The position numbers and the translations under genes are program-made. The notes beneath the pieces were generated by a model. It had not been told where the DNA came from and did not search any database. It worked only from the letters and a program-made list of their open reading frames with translations. A DNA stretch of 49,851 nt from a virus (Duplodnaviria; Caudoviricetes), in the IMG/VR virus record IMGVR_UViG_3300025875_000041, positions 1-49,851 of that record. One strand, written 5' to 3'. This document shows positions 18,448-27,455 of the stretch, one piece after another (the stretch's first letter is position 1; every line of letters starts with the position of its first letter).

Positions 18448-20226
18448 GTGGCTATCGACGGGATGGTCCTGGTCGGCGCCGACGGCAGCCGGCAGACGTA
18501 CAAGCTCGTCATGCAGACCGTCGTCAACGGTCCGCTCCAGGACGCCCAGCTCGTGCTGTGGGACGGCACGAGCTTCGGAGTGCCCCCGGACCGGCTGCCG
18601 TCGACCGTGGCCGTTCAAGCAACGTCGGTTCGTTTCGGCGCCTGCCCTCCAGCAGGGAGCACCGCTGCCGATGTCGTTACCAAGTTCGGGCAGAAGTCAT
18701 TCGTGCGGACCTTTCTCGGCACGCCTTCCGGCACGCCGCCGGTCAAGATCGCCGGAGCGTCGGGCGTGCACATCTCCTGGTCGCTGGGCGGCGCCACCGG
18801 ATACCAGCCGTTCATCGACGGCACCTACGACACAGCCATGAAGGCGTGCCTCGCAGGCTTGGACCCGACCTACTTCTACGTCGAGGCACTGCACGAGCTC
18901 GACAACAAGGTCAACGGTGGCACCACGACCCTCGCCATAGGAACGGCGGTCAAGAACCACTTCTACGACCTCGTGCAGGCCGCGAACCCTGCGCTCCGGG
19001 TCGTCAACACCCTCACCGGCTACGCGTTCAGCGACAACAACACGAAGTACACGTCCGGTGCGACCGACCTCAACTACGGCTCGATCAAGGCCCACATCAT
19101 CGGGCTCGACCTCGACGGCATCCACAGCTTCCCCTACCCCAACCTAGACACCCGGGCGAAGAACGCGCAGAAGTTCATCCGCGACCACGCCGCCTACGGG
19201 TACACCGACTGGGCGGTCCCGGAATGGGGCACAACGACGACCCAGCCGCAGGACCAGCCCGACCTGCTGATCATGGCGAACGACTGGATCACGAAGTACG
19301 GCAACGCGTGGAAGGCCGAAGCCAAGCCGCCGGTGTGGGTGACCTGGTACGACTACGGCAGCAACCCCGAGGACGCCGGTTCGACAGCGACCGACCTCCT
19401 GACCGTGCCCGCCCCGATCAACGCGTTGAAGGCGTTGGTCGCGGGGTACTCGCCGCCAACTTCTACCCCTCCCACCGCCAACTTCACCGGGTCTCCGACG
19501 TCGGGGCCCGTCTCCGGCACGCTGCTGTTCGAGGACGACTTCGTAGGCGCCGCAGGTGCTGCGCCGGACCCCGCGAAGTGGGCCGAATGGTCGACGGCCA
19601 CCTACAACGGGTCCGCGGCGTACGGCAACATCAAGCCGGGGATGCGCGCCACCCTCGACGGCTCCGGCCACCTGGTCATCCCGGCGACGCCCACCGCGGG
19701 CACATCGATCAGCACCGCCGGAAAGTTCGACTTCGTCTACGGCACGGTCAGCATCTGGGCGATGGCCCCCACCACGCCCGGCTACTGGCCCGGCCTGTGG
19801 ACGCTGAACAACACCCCCGACGGCGACCCGGACCTGCCCGTCGTCGGCGAGATCGACATCCACGAGTCGTACACCGGCCTCGCGAACTACTACCACCGGG
19901 CCACGCACAACTGGTCCGGCGCGACGACATGGAGCGCAGCAGCTGACCCGTCGGCCGGCCTCGGCCACGTCTTCGGCGAGTGGCACAAGTACTCGGCGAG
20001 GGTCGCCCCGGGCGAGATCCGGTTCTTCTTCGACGACGTTGAGCAGGGCCCACCCGCGCTGAAGTCGGAGGGCGCGGGGAAGCCGTACGCGTTCGGGCCG
20101 GACATCATGAACGGCAACTGGATCATCCTCACTCTCGCCATCGGTGGCGCTGGCGGCCAGCAGGACGGCATGGCCGTGTCCCCGGCGCAGCTCCTCATCG
20201 ACCGCGTCGAGGTGCGAGCCCTGTGA
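18448..20226 (+). CDS. Two-domain glycoside hydrolase (GH26-like plus GH16), probably virion-associated
   Basis: HELDN, IIGLD, PEWG (clan GH-A-like); GYWPGLW, GEIDIHE (GH16 ExDxxE), WHKY, IDRVEV. Confidence 0.72.
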   Translation: MAIDGMVLVGADGSRQTYKLVMQTVVNGPLQDAQLVLWDGTSFGVPPDRLPSTVAVQATSVRFGACPPAGSTAADVVTKFGQKSFVRTFLGTPSGTPPVKIAGASGVHISWSLGGATGYQPFIDGTYDTAMKACLAGLDPTYFYVEALHELDNKVNGGTTTLAIGTAVKNHFYDLVQAANPALRVVNTLTGYAFSDNNTKYTSGATDLNYGSIKAHIIGLDLDGIHSFPYPNLDTRAKNAQKFIRDHAAYGYTDWAVPEWGTTTTQPQDQPDLLIMANDWITKYGNAWKAEAKPPVWVTWYDYGSNPEDAGSTATDLLTVPAPINALKALVAGYSPPTSTPPTANFTGSPTSGPVSGTLLFEDDFVGAAGAAPDPAKWAEWSTATYNGSAAYGNIKPGMRATLDGSGHLVIPATPTAGTSISTAGKFDFVYGTVSIWAMAPTTPGYWPGLWTLNNTPDGDPDLPVVGEIDIHESYTGLANYYHRATHNWSGATTWSAAADPSAGLGHVFGEWHKYSARVAPGEIRFFFDDVEQGPPALKSEGAGKPYAFGPDIMNGNWIILTLAIGGAGGQQDGMAVSPAQLLIDRVEVRAL

Positions 20227-20273
20227 CCTCAACAGACCGCACGCTCTCCGACCTCAACGCCGAAGGCTGACCG

Positions 20274-22352
20274 ATGGCTCTGCGAGTCCAGTTCACCGAC
20301 ACCTCGACGGGCAGCCCGACCTCCTGGTCGTGGTCGTTCGGCGACGGGACTACGTCGACCAGCCAAAACCCGAGCCACGACTACACCGCCGCCGGCACGT
20401 ACACGGTGGCACTCACGGCCAGCAACTCGGCCGGGTCGAACACGGTCACGAAGGCGGGCTACATCACCGTCACCGCCGCTGCAGCCACGGACACGTCCTG
20501 GCCGACGGTGCCGACCAACGTCGTCGCGTCGAACATCGCCTCGGCCAGCTTCGCCCTCGCCTGGTCGGCGTCGACGGACGCGGTGGGCGTGACGGGCTAC
20601 GAGGTGCAGGTCAACGGCACCTCCTACGCCACGCCCACGGGGACCTCGGTCACGGTCACCGGGCTGACACCGGCCACGGCCTACTCGGTGCGCGTGCGTG
20701 CCCGCGACGCCGCCGGGAACTGGTCGGCGCTGTCGACGGCAATCACGGTCACCACGGCAGCCGCAACGTCGAGCGCGCCCGTCAACCTCTTCTCCTCTCA
20801 AACCCCGACGACGCCCGACCTCAACGACAACCAGTCGATCACCCTGGCGACGCGGTTCATGTCCGACGCTGACGGGAACGTGACGGGAGTCCGGTTCTAC
20901 CGGGCCGCGACCGCGCCCACGTCGGTCATCGGCCTGCTGTACTCCGACGCGGGCGTCGAGCTCGCTCGAGCAACGTTCGGGACGCTCGTGGTCGGGTGGA
21001 ACACCGTCAACTTCGCCTCTCCGGTCGCGATCACGGCGAACACCTACTACCGCGCCGCCTACTGGACGAGCGGGCCGTACGTGCTGACGTCCGGCCTGTT
21101 CTCCCCGGCCGTGGTGAACGGTCACCTGACGGGCACGGGCGGCTACTACGCCTACGGCGCCAGCCCCACGGCACCGACGAACCTCGGGGGCGGCTCCTAC
21201 TTCGCCGACGTCGCGGTCGTCGTCACCGGGGTCGTCGCCGCGCCTGGGTTCGCTTCCGCTCCGCTGTCGCCGCAGATGATGCCGAGCAACGCGTCTCTCT
21301 ACGTGTCCTGGACCGCGCCGGCCACGGACGGCGGGTCGGCGATCACCGGCTACGACGTGCAGCCGTTCGCCGGGACGACCGGCGGGGCGATCACGTCGGT
21401 CGGGGCGACGAAGGGCGCGACCGTGACGGGCCTGACGAACGGCACGGCGTACACGGTGAAGGTGCGAGCGAAGAACACCTCCGGAGCGGGGGCCTGGTCG
21501 ACGGCGTCGGCCGCGAAGACCCCCGCCGCGCCGCCTGCCGGAAGCGTCACGCACGGCTACCAGATCACCGCGGCGAACACGGGCCACGACAACTACGTCG
21601 ACCCGGCGCTCGGCAGGAAGGTCACCGATGCGGACCTGACCGTCCACACCGGTGATGTCGCTCTGTCCGACCTCACCACGGCTGGCGGGACCATCACCCG
21701 GCACTGGTTCAAGGGCGGGGTGATCAACAACCTGGACAACGTGACCTTCGTGGCCTGCCGCTTCGACCACGGCTTCTCCGGCTACAACAACGGCGTCAGC
21801 CACCCGTTCACGTGGAACTGGTGCACGCTCGACGCGCCCACTCCCAACGCTCAGGGAGTCGGCGGGGTCACCTACAACAACTTCACCCTGTTCCGCTGCC
21901 GCATCGGCGGCGAGATGGACGGGCTGAAGGCGAACGGCAACGTCCTCGCTCGCGAGTGCTTCATCCGGACCACCGCGTCAGCTCCCGACGACCACAACGA
22001 CGGCGTCCAGTCGACCGGCTCCGACATGGGCAACATCATCGAGCGCTGCAACATCGACTGCCGCCCCGTCTCCGGCATCGGCGGACCCAACGCGGCCCTG
22101 TTTGTCGCTGACAACTCGTCGGGCCTGCACGCCTGGGTCGACAACTACCTGATGGGCGGCGACTTCCCGATCCGGATGTACGACGCCGCGACCTACAACG
22201 TGCAGGGCAACTGGATCCTCAACGGCACGTTCGGGGGTGGGCCGGTGGACCGCCGCGTCATCCCCGCCTCAGATGTCACCTGGGGCACGGTCCGGCCGAA
22301 CCTCGTCGTCGACTCCTCCGGCGCCCAAGTCTCCGTCGTGGCCGCGCCCTGA
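20274..22352 (+). CDS. PKD-FN3-DUF4082-FN3-beta-helix protein, probably virion-associated
   Basis: WSWSFGDG (PKD); DAVGVTGYEV and VRARDAAGNWS (FN3); GVRFYR..GWN..YFADV (DUF4082); DGGSAITGY (FN3); HNDGVQ beta-helix region. Confidence 0.78.
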   Translation: MALRVQFTDTSTGSPTSWSWSFGDGTTSTSQNPSHDYTAAGTYTVALTASNSAGSNTVTKAGYITVTAAAATDTSWPTVPTNVVASNIASASFALAWSASTDAVGVTGYEVQVNGTSYATPTGTSVTVTGLTPATAYSVRVRARDAAGNWSALSTAITVTTAAATSSAPVNLFSSQTPTTPDLNDNQSITLATRFMSDADGNVTGVRFYRAATAPTSVIGLLYSDAGVELARATFGTLVVGWNTVNFASPVAITANTYYRAAYWTSGPYVLTSGLFSPAVVNGHLTGTGGYYAYGASPTAPTNLGGGSYFADVAVVVTGVVAAPGFASAPLSPQMMPSNASLYVSWTAPATDGGSAITGYDVQPFAGTTGGAITSVGATKGATVTGLTNGTAYTVKVRAKNTSGAGAWSTASAAKTPAAPPAGSVTHGYQITAANTGHDNYVDPALGRKVTDADLTVHTGDVALSDLTTAGGTITRHWFKGGVINNLDNVTFVACRFDHGFSGYNNGVSHPFTWNWCTLDAPTPNAQGVGGVTYNNFTLFRCRIGGEMDGLKANGNVLARECFIRTTASAPDDHNDGVQSTGSDMGNIIERCNIDCRPVSGIGGPNAALFVADNSSGLHAWVDNYLMGGDFPIRMYDAATYNVQGNWILNGTFGGGPVDRRVIPASDVTWGTVRPNLVVDSSGAQVSVVAAP

Positions 22353-22402
22353 CCCGGCACGAGCAGGCAGAGCCACCACCTCAATCCCCGAGGAGGACCC
22401 GA

Positions 22403-22990
22403 GTGTCGAAGCTTCCTGTGACCTGGCCACCCCTGTCCGGAGACGTCCACCAGCACTGGCCCGGAAAGCGCTGGTGGCAGAAGCCCGGCCCGTGGTGCCG
22501 CACCAAGCACACCCTGCGCGCCGTCATCCGCACCCAGCCGTACGAGCTGCTGCTGTCCGTAGCGCTCGCCCTGTTCGGCCTGCGCGCGATCTTCAGCCCC
22601 ACCGCGGCCACCCCAGCCTCAATCAGCGCACAGCCGGACGGCATCACGATCCTCTACTGCGCCCTGTCCGTCGTCGCAGGCGTCGTGACCCTCGTTGGCC
22701 TGCTCGCTGGCACCGGGCGCGGCGAGTCGTCCGCGGCCTGCTCGGTCCGGCTCGAGGAACGCAAGTGGGCGCCCGGCGTCGAACAGGCCGGGCTGTGGTT
22801 CTCCGCAGCCGCGTGGCTGTCGTACCTCGTCGGCGTCGTCAGCACCATCACCACGGCCAGGTCGACGCTGCTCGCCCTGGCCCTCATCGCGCTCGCGGGT
22901 GCGAACCTCGCCCGCGCCCGCGCGATCCGTCACAGACAGGTCGAGCGGCTGGAGGCTATCCGCGCACTGCGGACCATGGAAGGACCGTGA
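22403..22990 (+). CDS. Multi-pass membrane protein (lysis region)
   Basis: GAGGAGG RBS; about four hydrophobic segments. Confidence 0.7.
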   Translation: MSKLPVTWPPLSGDVHQHWPGKRWWQKPGPWCRTKHTLRAVIRTQPYELLLSVALALFGLRAIFSPTAATPASISAQPDGITILYCALSVVAGVVTLVGLLAGTGRGESSAACSVRLEERKWAPGVEQAGLWFSAAAWLSYLVGVVSTITTARSTLLALALIALAGANLARARAIRHRQVERLEAIRALRTMEGP

Positions 22991-22993
22991 CCA

Positions 22994-23392
22994 GTGACCC
23001 CCGCACTGATCATCAGCGTCATCGTCGCCCTGCTCGGTGGCGGCGGCATCGGAGCGTTCCTCAAGGCGCGCTCCGAGAACCGCAACATCCAGGCCGCGAC
23101 CGAGGACCTGCAGGCACAGACGAAGGCGCTCGCCGAGAAAACGCCTGCCGAGATCGAGTCGATCAGCGTCGCCACGATGCGAACTTCGCTCGAGTCGTCG
23201 CAGTCGCAGGTCCTGCAGCTGCAGCGCGAAGCCGCCGAACGCGACGCCCGACACGACCGGGAAAAGCAGGAATGGACGATCGAGAGGTCGACGATGCGCG
23301 CCGAGTTCGACGCGATGGAAGCCAAGCTCCGCGCCGCCCTCGACGAGCTCCTGGCGTTGAAGCAGCGGCACAACATGGTCGAGCCAGCGTGA
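22994..23392 (+). CDS. Membrane-anchored coiled-coil protein (lysis region)
   Basis: N-terminal TM segment ending in LLGGGG, then a long helical region. Confidence 0.7.
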   Translation: MTPALIISVIVALLGGGGIGAFLKARSENRNIQAATEDLQAQTKALAEKTPAEIESISVATMRTSLESSQSQVLQLQREAAERDARHDREKQEWTIERSTMRAEFDAMEAKLRAALDELLALKQRHNMVEPA

Positions 23393-23394
23393 CG

Positions 23395-23547
23395 TCAGGC
23401 CTTGTTCCGCTTCACGTACGCCCTGAGCGCCCGCCGCACTTCGTCGGTCAGCGTCTCGCCCCGGCGCTCAGCGGTCTCCTGCGCAGCCTCGTACTCGTCG
23501 TCGGGGATGCGGAAGCCGCGGGTCTTCGTCTTCGGCTTGTTGGGCAC
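23395..23547 (-). CDS. Ribbon-helix-helix DNA-binding protein
   Basis: 50 aa from GTG 23547: TRGFRIPDDEY...GETLTDEVRRALRAY. Confidence 0.75.
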   Translation of the reverse strand: MPNKPKTKTRGFRIPDDEYEAAQETAERRGETLTDEVRRALRAYVKRNKA

Positions 23548-23615
23548 GCCTGACCGTACCGGGGCGCTTCTCGCGCGGTAGCCGTGCCCGGCGGGTGGGA
23601 GCCAGCGCGAGCCGG

Positions 23616-23849
23616 TCACTCGTCCTCCATCGCTTGGTGACGCTTGCTCGTGATGTAGAGGTCGGTCATTCCGACCGCTGTCCACATCGGGAGTCCGTCA
23701 CTGGTGAACGACTGGAACGTCTTGTCGCCAGCTTCGTCAAGGACCTCAGCGAGGACGATGAACGCAGTCACTAATGAGCCGTCGACCACCTCGGTAACCA
23801 CTTCACCAAGCCGTCCGAGAACTCGCTCCTTCTCGCCATCGGTAGTCAC
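23616..23849 (-). CDS. Hypothetical protein
   Basis: GTG 23849 overlaps the stop of the upstream leftward gene; 77 aa with globular composition. Confidence 0.6.
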   Translation of the reverse strand: MTTDGEKERVLGRLGEVVTEVVDGSLVTAFIVLAEVLDEAGDKTFQSFTSDGLPMWTAVGMTDLYITSKRHQAMEDE

Positions 23850-24046
23850 AGCGGAGACCGTCCGACGTGCGGCTTGCCAGTCACAACGACGGTCGACACG
23901 GCCTTGTCGCACCATCGCCCGCGTTCGTGCTGGAACCCACCGTGCGTGTAGCAGTAGCGATCGTTTCCGTACTCGATCCGACCGAGCGAGCACCGACCCG
24001 CTTTGATGTCCTCCTGCTCGGAGTTCACCGGGATCCAGTCGCTCAC
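23846..24046 (-). CDS. Hypothetical Cys/His-containing protein
   Basis: 66 aa; GTGA overlaps at both ends. Confidence 0.55.
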   Translation of the reverse strand: MSDWIPVNSEQEDIKAGRCSLGRIEYGNDRYCYTHGGFQHERGRWCDKAVSTVVVTGKPHVGRSPL

Positions 24047-24288
24047 CAGTCCGCCCCGTTCTCGATCGCGTCGGCGCGTCGAGACACCTCGCGGGCGTCG
24101 CCTAAGTCGCCCCCTAAGTCCGCCGCCGCGCTCCGCAACGCCTTGACCACGGCTGCGCGGGTCCGGTCGGGCTCGGTGGCGACCGTGCCCGCGAGGTCAT
24201 ACGAAACCTCCCACGGCACCCCCACCGATAGGTAGGAAGCCGCTTCTTCGGCGGGAACGATTCGCGTCGCGTTGGCCTTGGTGTGCAT
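24043..24288 (-). CDS. Hypothetical protein, probably leaderless
   Basis: ATG 24288 lies 6 nt downstream of a TACCTT -10-like hexamer; 81 aa. Confidence 0.6.
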   Translation of the reverse strand: MHTKANATRIVPAEEAASYLSVGVPWEVSYDLAGTVATEPDRTRAAVVKALRSAAADLGGDLGDAREVSRRADAIENGADW

Positions 24289-24342
24289 GCACCAAAGGTA
24301 GCAGGTGTGCATGCACCGCGCTAGAGTTGGTGCATGCACACC
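24280..24342. promoter_or_regulatory. Divergent leaderless promoters with three 14-bp operator-like repeats
   Basis: GGTGTGCATGCACC at 24280-24293 and 24304-24317, inverted copy at 24329-24342; TAGAGT (24322-27, +) and TACCTT (24295-300, -) each followed by TGGTGC-ATG. Confidence 0.75.
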
Positions 24343-24834
24343 GGAGAAGAGTGGCGAGCGGTCGTCGGGTACGAGGGGCTGTACGAGGTCAGTGACCAAG
24401 GGCGGGTCCGGAGTTTCGTCTCGGGCCGCCTACGTAAGCCCCAGCCGCAGCACCACGGCCACCTGAAGGTGATCCTCTGTGACAGCGGGCGCCGCCGTGG
24501 TTTCCACGTCCACACCCTCGTGCTGACGGCGTTCGTGGGCCCCAAGCCACTCGACATGGAGTGCCGCCACCTGTTCGGCGACCCCGCCGACAACCGCCTC
24601 ACGCACCTGGCGTGGGGGACGCCGTCCGAGAACAAGTACGACCAGGTTCGACACGGCACCGACCACCACGCCTCGAAGATCGAGTGCGACTCCGGGCACC
24701 CCTTCGACGACCTCAACACCTACGTCTACCGAACCGCGAAGGGCGGCGAGGCTCGCGGCTGCCGGGAGTGCCGCAGAGAGTCCGTCCGTAGGTACCGCGC
24801 CAGCAAGCGCGCTCAGCGAGAGGAAGCCGCATGA
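24334..24834 (+). CDS. NUMOD4-HNH homing endonuclease
   Basis: EEWRAVVGYEGLYEVSDQGRVRS (NUMOD4); HTLVLTAF..CRH..DNR..L-WGT-SEN; C-terminal Cys cluster. Confidence 0.9.
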   Translation: MHTGEEWRAVVGYEGLYEVSDQGRVRSFVSGRLRKPQPQHHGHLKVILCDSGRRRGFHVHTLVLTAFVGPKPLDMECRHLFGDPADNRLTHLAWGTPSENKYDQVRHGTDHHASKIECDSGHPFDDLNTYVYRTAKGGEARGCRECRRESVRRYRASKRAQREEAA

Positions 24835-26147
24835 TCCTGACCGCGAGTCACATCCAAGCCGCGCTGAAAGCAGCAGGCGCAGGCTCCGGCCTCGTCATGC
24901 CAGCCGACAAGATCGCGGACGCCTTCAACGACGCGATCAGCAAGCACGGCGATGGGCTGTTCACCACCGTCAACACGTACGCCGCGCTCGTCTCCGAATG
25001 CATGATGGAGTCCGCCTACTTCCGGACCACGCAGGAGTACGCCAGCACCGGCGCCTACCAGCCCTACCGAGGGCGCACGTTCATCCAGATCACCTGGAAG
25101 GACAACTACTCCGCCTTCGGCAAGTGGTGCAAGTCGGTCGGACTGGTCGACGACCTCGACTACTTCGTGAAGAACCCGACGAAGCTCGCCGACCTGAAGT
25201 GGGCCGCGCTCGGCGGCGTCTGGTACTTCACCAAGAAGATGTTCAGCGGGAAGCCGCTCACCGCCTACGCCGACAGCAGCCTCCAGGTCGGACGCGCCGT
25301 GAACATGGGCAACCCCTTCAGCAAGAACACGCCTAACGGCCAGAAGGCCCGGGACGACGCCTACCGCGCCGTCGTCAAGGCGCTCACCGCAGACCCACCG
25401 ACACCCACTCCGGAGGACTCCGACGTGCCCGTGAACTTCCGAGGTGGCAAGACCTGCACCTGCGTCGCCACCAGCCTGCCTCTGGTCGAGAAGGACATGA
25501 TCAGGCGCGGGCTCATCAAGCAGAGCATCGACTGCTACCAGTTCGGCTACCGCGACGACGTCTCCGCCAGCGCAGGCACGCACGCCGGCGGCGGGAACAC
25601 CGACGTCGCCCAGTTCTCCGACGCTCAGATCGAGGTGTGGCGCCTGTGGGGCTGGACCATCCAGCACCGCACCCGTGCCCAGGGCTTCGACATGGACCAC
25701 GGACACGGTTGGCCGCTGGGCTGCACCCACCTGTCCTCTGGCGGCCGCGCACAGGCCGCGCAGTGGGCGACCCGCCAGAACGGGCTCGTCAGCAAGGGAC
25801 GCGTCGCCGGCCGCTGGCCGATCGACGACTGGAAGACCGCCATGAAGAAGCGCCTCGCGCAGATCGCCGAGGACGCCAAGGAGAAGGAGCTCGAGTTGCC
25901 CACCACCGCAGAGGTCACCACGGCCGTCATCAAGGCCATGAAGTCCGACACCGACCTGCTCGAGAAGATCGGCGAGGCCGCGGCCAACGCCGACGTCGTC
26001 CCGAACGAGTTCACGGCGAACCCGACCAACGAGTTCGTCGCCACCAAGACGGCGCTCGTCTACCTGTCACGGCAGAACAAGGCGCTCGCCAAGCAGCTGG
26101 ACGCGCTGATCGCCCGGTTTCCCGACAGCACCCCTCCCGCCGTCTGA
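24831..26147 (+). CDS. Endolysin (GH19-like plus putative M15-like Zn peptidase plus C-terminal domain)
   Basis: ES..F..T-EY, YRGRTFIQITWKDNY (GH19); SAGTHAGGG-TD ... HGH. Confidence 0.85.
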   Translation: MILTASHIQAALKAAGAGSGLVMPADKIADAFNDAISKHGDGLFTTVNTYAALVSECMMESAYFRTTQEYASTGAYQPYRGRTFIQITWKDNYSAFGKWCKSVGLVDDLDYFVKNPTKLADLKWAALGGVWYFTKKMFSGKPLTAYADSSLQVGRAVNMGNPFSKNTPNGQKARDDAYRAVVKALTADPPTPTPEDSDVPVNFRGGKTCTCVATSLPLVEKDMIRRGLIKQSIDCYQFGYRDDVSASAGTHAGGGNTDVAQFSDAQIEVWRLWGWTIQHRTRAQGFDMDHGHGWPLGCTHLSSGGRAQAAQWATRQNGLVSKGRVAGRWPIDDWKTAMKKRLAQIAEDAKEKELELPTTAEVTTAVIKAMKSDTDLLEKIGEAAANADVVPNEFTANPTNEFVATKTALVYLSRQNKALAKQLDALIARFPDSTPPAV

Positions 26148-26151
26148 GCCG

Positions 26152-26862
26152 CTGACGGTCACCGCGTTCCAGTTCAACGCGCGGTGGCCGGGCTTCTCCA
26201 GCACACCGAAGTCGCCGTCGTGGGCGACGCGGGGCCCAGGCCTCGTGCTCGAGGCGGAAGAGTCTGGCGCGTCGGTGCTCATCATCCAGGAGATGGGCGC
26301 CGACCAGGCTCCCGGCTTCTTCGCCGCGATGGGCCCGGACTGGCACTACAGCCGCGCCGGGCTGAACGTCGTCGCCTGGGACACCCGCCAGTGGACATGG
26401 GCGTCGAGCGACCCGACGAACCTGTCCTCGTTTGGGCAGATGCAGCGGACGCTCTTGGTGGTCACGCTGCGGCACGCGAGCGGGCGGCTCGAGCGGTTCG
26501 CCAGCAGCCACCTCGCCGCAGCAGCGTCGGACCTCACCGCTGCGCGGGCGATCGTGGCAAGGGCTACGCAGGCCGCTGAGGTCGCAGCAGCCCTCGCCTC
26601 GTCGTCGGTACCCACCCTGCTCGGCGCGGACTGGAACAGCCGCGCAGCCACCGACAGCGGGACCTCAGCACCCCGCACCATCCTCGGCGCGCTCGGCTGG
26701 ACGTTTGACACCACGCCGCTCGCCAACGACGCCAAGCACGGCATCGACGGCACCGCCAGCAACTACGGCATCACCATCACCAGCTCGGTCGTCGTCGACC
26801 TCGCCGGACTCAGCGACCACGACGGCCGCCTGGTCGTCGCCACCACCAAGGAGACCCCGTGA
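26152..26862 (+). CDS. EEP-family phosphoesterase; start uncertain (first standard start 26245)
   Basis: Same frame gives LTVTAFQFNAR, IIQE, SSHL, GADWN, IDG, SDH. Confidence 0.72.
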   Translation: MTVTAFQFNARWPGFSSTPKSPSWATRGPGLVLEAEESGASVLIIQEMGADQAPGFFAAMGPDWHYSRAGLNVVAWDTRQWTWASSDPTNLSSFGQMQRTLLVVTLRHASGRLERFASSHLAAAASDLTAARAIVARATQAAEVAAALASSSVPTLLGADWNSRAATDSGTSAPRTILGALGWTFDTTPLANDAKHGIDGTASNYGITITSSVVVDLAGLSDHDGRLVVATTKETP

Positions 26863-27455
26863 CCCCACTCCTGATCGCCCTCGCGATCTTCGCGTTCACC
26901 CTGCCGCTGCCGCTCATCCTGCAGCTGCTCATCGCCGCGGTGCTTCCGCTCCTCGTCGGCCTGGTGACCAACCGCGTCACCAGCTCGGCGAAGAAGGCGA
27001 TCCTGCTGCTCGTCCTGAGCATCGCGGCCGCCGGCCTGAACGACCTGCTGACCTCCGTCAAGGCCGACCAGTCGTTCGACGCCGGACTCTGGCTGCTCGG
27101 CGCGGTGGCCACCTTCCTGACCAGCGGCGCCTTTCACCTCATCCTGTGGAAGCCGACCGGAGTCGCCGCAGCCGCGCAAGACGCCATCCCCGCCACCCAG
27201 CCGTCCGGCCAGGTCCTCGAGGCTGACCCGGCGAGCGAGATCCCGGGCACGCTCGAGCAGGGCCGCATCATCCCGCAGAGCCAGAACGATCAGGACGTGG
27301 CCGACGCGATGGCCGACGTGTTGAAGTCGCAGCACCCGGACACCTTCGACGTGCACACCGAGAACGGCGTGACCTACGACGGGAAGGGCAACCCGCTCAA
27401 CCCGCGCGACCTCGACGGCGACGGCCGCGACGACACCAACGGCCAGTTCGTCTAG
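26859..27455 (+). CDS. Holin
   Basis: AAGGAG RBS; VLPLLVGLVT..KAILL motif; 3-4 TM segments; downstream of endolysin. Confidence 0.75.
   Translation: MTPLLIALAIFAFTLPLPLILQLLIAAVLPLLVGLVTNRVTSSAKKAILLLVLSIAAAGLNDLLTSVKADQSFDAGLWLLGAVATFLTSGAFHLILWKPTGVAAAAQDAIPATQPSGQVLEADPASEIPGTLEQGRIIPQSQNDQDVADAMADVLKSQHPDTFDVHTENGVTYDGKGNPLNPRDLDGDGRDDTNGQFV

Noticed and set aside
17007-19946. Very long alternative-frame and antisense ORFs (e.g. 979 aa here, 289-1878, 3082-4788)
   Set aside because: Arg/Pro/Gly-rich shadow ORFs expected from high-GC codon bias over real genes
24280-24342. CRISPR-like mini array
   Set aside because: Repeats are 14 bp with ~10 bp gaps, one is inverted, and no cas genes are present
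24334-24834. Group I intron or intein hosting the HNH genes
   Set aside because: The HNH ORFs are free-standing between intact genes, and no interrupted host gene or splicing motif was seen
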